This document shows, piece by piece, positions 41,776 to 52,335 of a stretch of DNA of 64,000 bases. The notes below the pieces were generated by a model. That model was not told where the DNA came from. It did not search any database and was given only the letters and a program-made list of their open reading frames with translations. This DNA is from Octopus sinensis. Taxonomy: Eukaryota. The position numbers and the translations under genes were made by a program. Numbering within the stretch: the first letter of the stretch is position 1; every line of letters starts with the position of its first letter. The stretch lies in NCBI RefSeq assembly GCF_006345805.1, contig NC_042999.1:104098001-104162000 (forward strand), written 5' to 3'.

Positions 41776-42215
41776 TGCACTGGTATGGTCATGTGATGCA
41801 TATGGACGAGGACAGCTGTGTTAAGAAGTGTTGATCTCTAACTGTAGAGGGAACCTGTGGAAGGGGTAGATCCAGGAAGTCATGGTACAAGGTGGTGAAG
41901 CATGATCTTTGAATGTTGGACCTCATGAAGGCAATGATAAATGACCAAGCTCTCTGGTGTTGTGCTGTGCTTGAGAAGACCTATCAAGCCACTTGAAGTC
42001 GTAGTCATGGCCAATGCTGGTGTCACCTAACTGCCACTCATTACACCCATTACACTCTCATAGTGGTTGGCATTAGGAAGGGCATCCAGCTGTAGAAACC
42101 ATACCAAATCAGATTGGAACCTGGTGTAGTCCTACAGCTCACCAGTTTCAGTCATACTAATGCATGCCAGCATGTAAAACAGACACTAAATGATGCTAAT
42201 GATGATGATGATTAT
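41776..42215 (+). mobile_element. RTE LINE 3' fragment
   Basis: Translates MHWYGHVMHMDEDSCVKKC*SLTVEGTCGRGRSRKSWYKVVKHDL, then the UTR and a (GAT)n tail. Confidence 0.85.
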
Positions 42216-42859
42216 GATTACCAAGAATGGTAGTGGATTAACAAAACCTTTAGAGTAGGAGAAAAAAATGCCTTGTGGTGTTTGCTCTTGCTCTACATTC
42301 TGAGTTCAAATTTCACTGAAGCCAACTTTGCCTTTCATCCTTCCAATGTAGTGGTGGTGGGGTGGCAATAAAATAAAGTACTAGTCAAGTATCAGGGACA
42401 ATGGTATTAACTAACTCCACTTCCCTTGAAATTGCTGGCCTTATGCCTAAATTAGAAACCATTATGGTGATCTGGCAGAATTGTTAGCATGCCAGGCAAA
42501 ACGCTTTGTGCTATTTCATCTGTCTCACACATCTCACACAGAAGATCTCCATATTCTCTTACTTGCATTATTACTTTTTTTGTTAAAAGTCTTTTAAGAT
42601 TTGATGGTTGTCTTCAGCTGCTAATAATTTATGACTTCTTAATTATTTTTCTAAGATTTGATGATTGACATATAATTGGAAGGTATCATTTGACCAAATG
42701 CATGATGTTATGGTTTTTAGGATTATGGGTTACTACAAATGGACTATTTCTGTTTTTGTCTTCCTTCTCATTGTGAGGACTTCTCTGTAAGTCAGATTAG
42801 GATTTCTCTGCTTTGATTATGCTATGATTTATTAAATTTTTCAGGTATATTTGTTTCTG

Positions 42860-43500
42860 GAGGAATATTTTTAGTTCAACCAGTCATCTTTTACACAAAG
42901 TTGAGTCTGTAGCTATTGTACATATTCTTCTTACCATATTTGATGGGATATTTCTTTTAAAATGGGGTGGATGGCAAGATGTGAAATTTAAGTTTTGGTG
43001 GGTGTCTGTGTCCTTGTAGTTGAAATTGGTTGCGATAATCTCATTTTCCTCAACTGCGAAAAAGGTTGAAAAAACACGATCTCTTTTATTCATTTCTAAT
43101 GCAAACTGGATTGATACAAAAGGGCTATTTATAAATTTAAAGAATCTTGCAAGGTCTTCTTTACTTCAGATCCAAAATGTGAAGTATTCATTCAGGAGTA
43201 TTTTACAGTTGTCTCTTAAGTATGATTGGGAATGTTGATCAAAAGTATTCCTAGATCGGAATAGACTTTTTTCTTCTACAAATCCCATCACTATTGTTGC
43301 AAACATGGGTGCTACTTTTGTACCCATGGCCATCATTTTATTTGAAGGTGATATTGGCTATCAAAGAAGTTGTTATTTTCTAGTACCAATCTTTCTGGAG
43401 TCTCTTTATTTATCCAGAATTCCTTCTGATTCTTACAAGTTTCTAGACTGGAGGACATTAGATAATTCACACATCCTCAGTGCTGGTCTTTACTATTATA
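42860..43500 (-). mobile_element. Penelope-like element reverse transcriptase pseudogene fragment
   Basis: Translates AMGTKVAPMFATIVMGFVEEK ... ILLNEYFTFW (decayed YxDD motif) ... YKDTDTHQNLNFTSCHPPHFKRNIPSNMVRRICTI, the PLE RT/thumb motifs. Confidence 0.85.
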
Positions 43501-44744
43501 TGAAGTATAAGTATATTGAGTTCTAATAACAAATTATTGGTACCACTATGGCTAAGCTGAATCATATATATATATATATAAATATTATATTATGTTATTA
43601 TTATATATTATGTCATATATATATTATATTAGGTCTTGTCTGCCATCTTATCACCACTATTTTTATTGCTTTTCAGTGTTCCACACGATCAATCTCACCT
43701 CCCTTCAAAAATGTGCATAGTCATGTAGCTCTTCTACAGCAGGAACTCTGTTCTGCTCCAGTTCTTTTCTTTCATACCGAGTCCTTTTCTCTCTTTACTG
43801 CTCATCTTCTAGCATAAAGTTGCCCCCTCTCCCTGGATTTGTATCCTTGCAAGCTTCATAAGTAACCTCACTAGTGCTGGTGGGAGGGAGAAATCCCCTA
43901 GTACATTTTATAAGATGGATGATGTTAGGAAGGCAGTTTGGCCATAGAAACCATGCTGAAGCAAACACTGGAACATAACACAATTCTTGAACCCATTTGA
44001 TCCTGTGAAACCATTCTAACCAATGCTAGAACAGAACATGGACATTAAATGATGATTATGACGATGATAATAATGATGGTGATGATGATGATGACGACTA
44101 GGAGGACGATGATGATATATGTATACATATATAAGACTTCATTTTATATTGTATTTTGTCTTTTGCACTATGATTTACCATTTTATAGTTCTAAAAGCTT
44201 TGTGTTTGTTGAACCCTTAAGGCATGGTGGCCAATCATTTGAATCATTAGATTGTTGAAGGTTTTGAATATGCCTCAATGGTCTGAATATGTTGCAAACA
44301 TATTTGAACTCGTAACAAGTTTATATTTATAAATAAATCACTGCTTAGCCTTTCTAAACTGTATGTTTTTTTTTTTTGAAAGGTTCCCTTCATCTAATAC
44401 TCCTGCAGCAAAAAGCAAAAATCATCATCACCATCTTCATCATCATCATCATGATCTTTATTGTGCCTTCATAACAAACGATAGATTGTTGGTGTTTGTG
44501 TGTTTTGTAAAGCAATATAACAATATACAAAAATATAAAAAAAAGTAAACAGAACAGATGTAAAATATATACAGACTGCAACTAGAAAAAATATTAAAAA
44601 TAGAACTTTTGTAGGGCTGGGATTGAAATGGGTTAAGGTACACAATAGTTAGGGTAAGGTTAGGGTACTTGTCTGTGTTTACTGTATGGGTATATGTGTA
44701 TGTATATGTATAAAAAAAATAAAGGAGGAAACAGAGATTTCTTT

Positions 44745-44879
44745 AGTTAGCTGTAGTAGTAGTAATGGTAGTAGTAGCATCAGCAGCAGTTAGTTGTATT
44801 AGTAGTAGTAGTAGTAGTAGTAGTGGTGGAGGTGGTGGTGGCAGTAGCAGTAGTAGTAGTAGTAGTAGTGGTGGAGGTG

Positions 44880-44939
<60 letters not shown>

Positions 44940-44940
44940 T
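44745..44940. repeat. Compound (AGT)n/(GGT)n trinucleotide repeat
   Basis: Direct reading of the sequence. The poly-Ser, poly-Thr and poly-Leu ORFs here are artefacts. Confidence 0.9.
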
Positions 44941-45089
44941 TCTGTGTTTGGGTGGTGGCATGGGTGAAGAATATTTGGTATGATTGAAAGTTACTTCCTC
45001 TTCCTTGAAATGAAATCGCAGACAATGTCAGTATCCTGTATGTGTGTATGTATGAATGTGTATTTGTGTGTGTGTGTGTGTGTGTGTGC

Positions 45090-45125
<36 letters not shown>

Positions 45126-45339
45126 TTGCATAAGTGCATGGAGGGATGGAGTTGAGTGTATCACGTGCATGGGGATATGTTTGTGTTTGTAGGTGTGAGT
45201 GTGGAAATATTTGTGTGAATGTGAAATTGAGGAAGAAAAAAAAAACAAATTCTCAAGTTAAATTTATAAAACAAATTGTCATAACATAACCCCTTCCCCA
45301 CTATTATACAAAGTCCCTCTGAAGGGGTTTTGGGGTTGG

Positions 45340-46170
45340 TGTATAGCAGGAGGAGTGGAAAGAAGAGTGAGAGAGAAGTGAAGGGGGGAAAATAAAAGTG
45401 AGAGAGAATAAAGGTGGAGGGAAAGAGGGAGTAAGGGAAATAGAAAAGGGGAAATAAAAGAGAAAGAAAGGGAGACAGTAAAAGAGAATGGAAAGTGAAA
45501 TAATGAGAAGGGATGGGGATGGAGAAAGGTGGAGAAAAGGAGAAAGAGAAAGGGGAGGAAAGAAGAGGGGAGAAGGAGGAGATGAGAATAGAAGAAGGAA
45601 AGGAAGGGAAGCAGAACAATATCGAAAATGGATAGGGAGTTAGGGAGGAAAGTTGAAGAGGGCAAGGGTGATGGAATGTATAAAAGCAGGGTTGCTGGGG
45701 GATGGAGAAGTAGAAGGGAATATAGGTAGAAGGGAGGTGAGAAGAAAAAAAGTGAAGGAAAGTGGATGAAAGAAGAAGGAGGGGGCAAAGAAAAGAATGA
45801 AAAAGGAAGAGAGAGAGAGAGAGAGGGAGAAAGAGAAAGAGAGAGAGAGAGTGACATTGGTCAAAGATGTAGAGAGAGGAAGAGGAGACGGAAAGAATAA
45901 GATGGAAAGTAAGGCTAAGAGTTGTGGAGAGAGAGGAAAAGGGAGAGAGAGAGGCCTGAATGAAAGGGAAGAAAGTAAAGAGAGATGAGCAAAACAAGAG
46001 AAGAAAACTGAAGCAGCAAATAATGAGAAGGGAGATGGAGGGGTAGATAGAGACAAAGTGAAATGAAGATTGGAACAGAGAGAGGGATATATATATATAT
46101 ATATATATATATCATCATCATAGATAGATAGAGAGATAGAGAGAGAAAGAGAGAGAAAGAGAGAAGAAAG
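45340..46170. repeat. ~0.8-kb G/A polypurine low-complexity tract
   Basis: Strongly purine-biased on the plus strand. Confidence 0.9.
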
Positions 46171-46701
46171 ATTAAGAGAAATGAAGCAAAACATTGGGTA
46201 TGATTATAATCTGGGGAAATCGTAAGACATGATGATTAAACAGAACCAGCTGTAGCTGAAATAACATGTGAAGGCTACATTTCACACACACACACACACA
46301 TACACTAACACTAACACTAACACACATGTATAGGTGTAGGCATGGCTGTATGGTAAAACGCTTGCTTCTCAATCACATGGCTTGGAGTTCAGTCCCAACA
46401 CATGGCACCTTCAGCAAGTATGTGTCTTCTACAATAGGTCTGGGCTGACCGAAGCCACATGAATGGATTCCATAGATGGAAACTGAAAGAAGCCCATATT
46501 CATATGTATATATGTACATCTGTGTGTATGACTGTGTTTGTGTTTGCCTCCTCACTCCACTATTTGACAATTGGTGTTGGTTTGTTTATGTCCCTGTAAT
46601 GTAGCACTTCAGCAAAAGTCATTGATATAACAATCTTTAGATCTGGGAGTCTGTTAGTGCATGTATACATGTGTTTGTATGTGCATGAATGTATGTGTGT
46701 G

Positions 46702-46825
<124 letters not shown>

Positions 46826-46828
46826 TAT

Positions 46829-46978
46829 AGTGAGAATTTACAAAAAAAACAAAAGATGAAGACGGATGTGTAAACAACAAACAGATGTACTAGTTTAACG
46901 CTCAGGAAGTGAGAAAGTCTTTTACATTTCGAGCTGGCGCACTTTGACAGAAAGGAACACAGAAATAAACAGGGAGAG
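46829..46978 (-). mobile_element. PLE-like repeat family A, second copy
   Basis: Its reverse complement aligns to 9141-9292. Motif: ctttctgtcaaagtgcgccagctcgaaatgtaaaag. Confidence 0.6.
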
Positions 46979-47040
<62 letters not shown>

Positions 47041-47043
<3 letters not shown>

Positions 47044-47565
47044 TTATCGCCATACTAATATGGCATTCTTATAAAAATAAGAAAAAAGCTGTCCGCTTAT
47101 TAGCTCCATGAGGCCATCGCCTTAACTTAGCTATTTGATACACAAACTGTATCCATATAACCTTCGAACAAGGGAGGTCAGTCGCTCCACACTACTTGAC
47201 CGGCAGCTACAGACGCGTTTCGGGGTATTGCCCCTTTTCAATGCAGCGTAGCCAGCCAGTAGGTGTCACTTCCGACAATCTCTGTTCGATGGTTTTATTT
47301 ACCTAGTTAAAGGGGCATACCCCGAAACGCGTCTGTAGCTGCCGGTCAAGTAGTGTGGAGCGACTGACCTCCCTTGTTCGAAGGTTATATGGATACAGTT
47401 TGTGTATCAAATAGCTAACTTAAGGCGATGGCCTCATGGAGCTAATAAGTGGACAGCTTTTTTCTTATTTTTATAAGAATGCCATATTAGTATGGCGATA
47501 ACTATTATTTTCCGGGAACGCTGCCGCTGTTCTCTTTTAGAGAGACTTAGTTATTTTAATATTTC

Positions 47566-47570
<5 letters not shown>
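47041..47570. mobile_element. Head-to-head inverted pLTR-type (Penelope/retrozyme-like) insertion in (TA)n
   Basis: Arms 47041-47237 and 47309-47504 are reverse complements with 2 substitutions and a 1-nt indel, separated by a 71-nt spacer. The element is CpG-rich, has TA repeats on both sides, and contains a hammerhead. Confidence 0.85.
47206..47247 (-). ncRNA. Complete minimal type I hammerhead ribozyme (U3-A8 core variant)
   Basis: Minus strand: GCUGCA UUGAAAA GGGG caaua CCCC GAAAC gc GUC^ UGUAGC. It has a 6-bp stem I, a 4-bp stem II, a palindromic ACGCGU stem III, and a GUC cleavage triplet (C17 = position 47212). Confidence 0.8.
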
Positions 47571-47601
<31 letters not shown>

Positions 47602-47639
47602 CTTTATCGTGTGTCCAATAATTTATTTGGTTTCTTCTT

Positions 47640-47780
47640 GACCACTTCTTCCCCTCTGTCCGTGTTTATGCCTCTGATGACTAATGAGGCTGATTCTTGC
47701 ATGGAAGTGTCTGTTGCAAAGTTCACAAGGGATCCGTGGTGAAGGCTTTGGTTGTTGCAGCCTCCATTTTCTTTCTTGTG
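47640..47780 (-). mobile_element. RTE-type LINE ORF2 C-terminal C2H2 finger remnant
   Basis: Translates RKWRLQQPKPSPRIPCELCNRHFHARISLISHQRHKH, matching the CxxCxRxFxAxIxLxSHxR pattern. Confidence 0.7.
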
Positions 47781-47793
47781 TGTGTATATATAT

Positions 47794-47832
<39 letters not shown>

Positions 47833-48444
47833 GGGGCTATAAACATCAGTAGCATTGTCCTGTATAGGATGCCACACTTAGTTGGCAAATATATGTTACG
47901 GGTCCACCCCACCCCTACTGCTACTGTTTATATCTCATGGTTTATCTTCAGGTGGGCCACACTACTAGAATGATCCAAGGAAATTTTCCATTTGTGTGCC
48001 ATTCAGAAAGTCCTGCAGGCTGCAGTTTGCCTATAGCTGTTCAATGTGATGGTTCTGCTTGATGGAAATAGCAGCCAAATCCCCTTCAGCTCACACCCTA
48101 CTGTGTTAAAAGAGGTTGAGTTGAAGATTATTGCCTGGGTTTCTTGCAAGTAAGAAAAAAATAAAAAGACAGGATGGCCATGGTTGGAATACATTTCATC
48201 TAAGTTATGTATAATAAATGTTGACTGCAGGCCAGCGATTTTAGGGAGTGGGGTAAGTCGATTACATTGATTCCAGTGTTTAACTGATACTTATTTTTTA
48301 AATTCCAAAAGGATGAAAGGCAAAGTCAATCCTGGTGGAATTTGAACTCAGGACAGATGAAACAATGCTAAGCATTTTGCCTGGTGTGCCAATGGCTCTA
48401 TCAGCTCTCTGCCTTTACTGCAGGATAAATAGCAACAACATCAA

Positions 48445-48765
48445 TTCTCGTGCCGGTGGCACGTAAAAAGCACCATCCGTTCGTGTCCGCTGCCAGCCTC
48501 GCCTGGCCCCCATGCCGGTGGCACATAAAAAGCACCATCTGTTCATGGCCGTTTGACAGCTCTGTCTGGCACCTGTGCGGGTGGCACGTAAAAAGCACCC
48601 ACTACACTCACGGAGTGGTTGGCGTTAGGAAGGGCATCCAGCCGTAGAAACACTGCCAGATCTGACTGGGCCTGATGAAGCCTTCTGGCTTCACAGTCCC
48701 CAGTAGAACCGTCCAACCCATGCTAGCATGGAAAACAGACGCTAAACGACGATGATGATGATGAT
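48445..48765 (+). mobile_element. RTE LINE 3' UTR with three internal subrepeats
   Basis: Three ...ggtggcac(g/a)taaaaagcacc units, then the common UTR and (gat)n. Confidence 0.8.
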
Positions 48766-49213
48766 GATCAACTACAACCACAATCAATTTATTGAGTTGA
48801 GTTTATGATAGGACCTCTAAATTTGATCTGATATAGAATTAGCAATGAAATCTCTCAAATCTTGCTTGAATCTGTCTTGAATAACAATAAGAGGATACAT
48901 TAGATAATCTCTAGAATGACAGGTTGGGCATGGTGGGAATACCTTTGATCATAGCTCTATTTTATTAGAGTGCACCTTGGGCTAAATAGCAGCAAACAAA
49001 AACGGGCATACAGAAACAGACTGGATAATGAAAAAAAAAGTACAATAAGCCCAGACAACTGTACTGCACCATATACAATTAACCAGTGCATGTCAGAATG
49101 TGCAGTACTATTTTTGTTCAGACAGAAGTATGGTATATTCAAAGATTTGGTTCTGTGGATAACATTTTGTTAATTAATTAATGGTAGTCTCTAGAGACCA
49201 AGAAAGCTGATTC

Positions 49214-49630
49214 GTATTTCTTTATTGTCCACAAGGGGCTAAACATAGAGGGAACCAACACGGACAGACAAAGGGATTAAGTCGATCATATAGACCCCAA
49301 TGCGTAACTGGTACTTGATTTATCGACCCCGAAAGGATGAAAGGCAAAGTCAACCTTGGCGGAATTTGAACTCAGAACGTAACGGCAGACAAAATACCTG
49401 TTTCTTTATTACCCACAAGGGGCTAAACATAGAGGGGACCAACAAGGACAGACAAAGGGATTAAGTCGATTATATCGATATCAGTGCGTAACTGGAACTT
49501 ATTTAATCGACCCCGAAAGGATGAAAGCAAAGTCGACCTCGGTGGAATTTGAACTCAGAACGTAGCGGCAGACGGAATACCACCAAGCATTTCGCCCGGC
49601 GTGCTAACGATTCTGCCAGCTCGCCACCTA
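49214..49630 (-). mobile_element. Dimeric SINE family S1
   Basis: Two tandem bodies. A 19-bp TSD agaccaagaaag(c/a)tgattc is at 49195-49213 and 49631-49649. Confidence 0.88.
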
Positions 49631-51601
49631 AGACCAAGAAAGATGATTCTACAATTTTTTGCTGAACACCCTGCTCAAATGATTTGCTTATAGTGATCAA
49701 ATGTTTGTGTTGCTCATTTGCTCACTCCTTTCATCAAGTCAGTCTTATCTGAACAGCTGCATGGTGTGCTGTATGGCAGATATTGAAGTGATGGAAGAGC
49801 AATGAGAGATGAAGTATTTTGCTCAAGAACACAACACATTGCCAAGTCTGGGAAATGAGCCACAATTTCGAGATTGTGAATGCAGCACTCTAACCACTAG
49901 GCCACGTGACTTCACATGTAGTTTATTAATAAAGGGATTGATAATCCACATACCACAGGTCACCTGGCCTGAGGCTGCATAATAGCAACAGTAACAACAA
50001 TGGCAGTAGTAGCAGCAGTAGTAACAACAGCAACAATAACAACAACAGCAACTCTTCATGGACATATCAAGCATAAGACTAATTAAATAAACCATCGCTC
50101 ACCAAGACAATAGTTTTTAATTATCTGTTGCTCTGTTCCCTTCTCTTTTTTTCCATTGCTATTGAACTATGAAACCCCAGCAAAGATTATTAATTATATA
50201 TACAATGCAGTCAATATAGTAATTCCATCGACCAAATTCCACTCACAGTGCATTGGTCAACTCAACACCGAGGCTCTGCACTTATCCAAGGTGTCACAGA
50301 GGGAGAGTGAATCCAGAATCAGGCAGTTGTGAAGCAAGCTTTTTAACAACACTTATTCTTATATATATTCTGCAATAGACTCTTTTCTTTTGAATCACTG
50401 GATATATAGTTACTTCATCTGAACGCACCTAGTTACATCCAATTTTTCTCTTCTTTTCAACATTATCACCCCACATACTTTCTTTGCCTGCTAAAACCTC
50501 ATTCTAAATGCTTTACCAGTGTCCTTCTTTTTGCAGAATAAAACAAATCCTGATGTAGTCATGTCCTCCATGCTGAACCAAATAGCTTACAATTATTCAA
50601 TTGTTTCAAAATTCAGCACAAGGTAAGTTATTTTGTGGGAGGATAATAGTTGATTACACCATCCTCAGTACTTGTGTGGTTCATTTTATTTTATCAATCC
50701 TGGATGGATGAAGGTAAAATTGGGCCATGGCAGTATTTGAACCTATGATGTAAAGAGTCAGAACTGATGCTGAACATTTTGTCCAGCACAGTAATGATTC
50801 TGTTAGCTTTCCACCTTTTATAATTAGCTTCAAATTTTGGCACAAGGTCAGAAATTTTTAATTTGACCTTGTTAGAATTTGCACTGAGAATGTAAAGATA
50901 GACAAAATGCTGCTAAGAATTTTGCCTGATGTGCTAATGATTCTGTTAGCTCACTGCCTTATTCATATATCTCATAATAATCCAAAGTAAGCATTTACTA
51001 ATCTCCCTAACTTTATTCTAGTTGTTTCTGGTCCTCAGTTTAAGGGAACCTGGGAAAAGCAGACAGTAGCATACATAAATACATACATTTCTTCAGAACA
51101 AGAAGATACTAATAATTAACCCTTTACAAAACTCAGGTAAGACCCAAAATGGAATATTGCTTTCACATCTGATAACATCTGAAAATTAGTCATCCAATTG
51201 ACTGGTATGAAGTTAGTTACCAATATATCCCGATTTCTGGCCCATAGGTGTCATGTCTCCTTTCTTTGATTTTTTCCACATCTACCACAGTGGCTTCTGC
51301 TCCTTAGTCTGGTTGGTTTCATGTCACCTTAACTCAGGCACTCATGATTCCCACATCGCTCTCCTATTCATCAGCCATATTGTGCCCAACAGCCCATCTG
51401 AAGCCTAGCACTAATATTTATGCCCAGGTTTTCCTTCAGAGGGTGTTGGCCCTTTTGAATCTCTTCTCATCAATTTACAACCATTCAAGAGGAACATATT
51501 CTATGTTGTTCTCATTGACCCCAGAGGTTTTGTGAAAGCTATGGATATAGCCCCTTTCCCCAGACCAAACCAATATAAAAAGTATGTACATAGTAAACAT
51601 C

Positions 51602-51639
<38 letters not shown>

Positions 51640-52300
51640 ACACACATGCACACACTATATCTAGATGCAGTAGCCATCTCACAAAAGTCATGTCACTATC
51701 TTTATACATTTTCTATTCATGTCGTAATTCAATATCAAATAATGTCAAATAATTGTGAAACTCCACCATCTTTTCAAGCCACACCACTTAACAATGGTGT
51801 AATAAATCCTGATTGATTTCAGGTAGTATTTACCAAACTCTCAGCTTAAGGCTTCCTTGCTAAACAGATTAGTGCACCAACCTGTTTCAGTGAGAGAACA
51901 ATAGAGAATACTGGCTTGAATAAATAAATATATGCAGGTATAGAAACTTTGGATATGTGGGCTAGATATGTATGTGTATATATATGTGTACGTGTGTGTG
52001 TGTGTGGTGTGTGTGTGTGAGTGTGCACACGTGCATGTGTGTGTGCATGTGTATGTATGTATGTGCTCCAATATAAGAATGTATTGACACAACCTTCATG
52101 TGCTAGTTCTAAAAAAAAGGAACATACACACATATATATTTATATATATAAATACATACATACATTTACATATATATATATATATATATATATACATACA
52201 TACATACATACATATATATATATATATGTTTATATATATATATATATGTTCATATATATATATATATATGTATACATACATACATACATACATACATACA

Positions 52301-52335
<35 letters not shown>

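Noticed and set aside
44630-44670. TTAGGG-like words (also ccctaac near 55465)
   Set aside because: Only two or three degenerate units, not an interstitial telomeric array.
44743-44983. Poly-Ser/Gly or poly-Leu/Pro ORFs
   Set aside because: Direct products of the (AGT)n/(GGT)n repeat.
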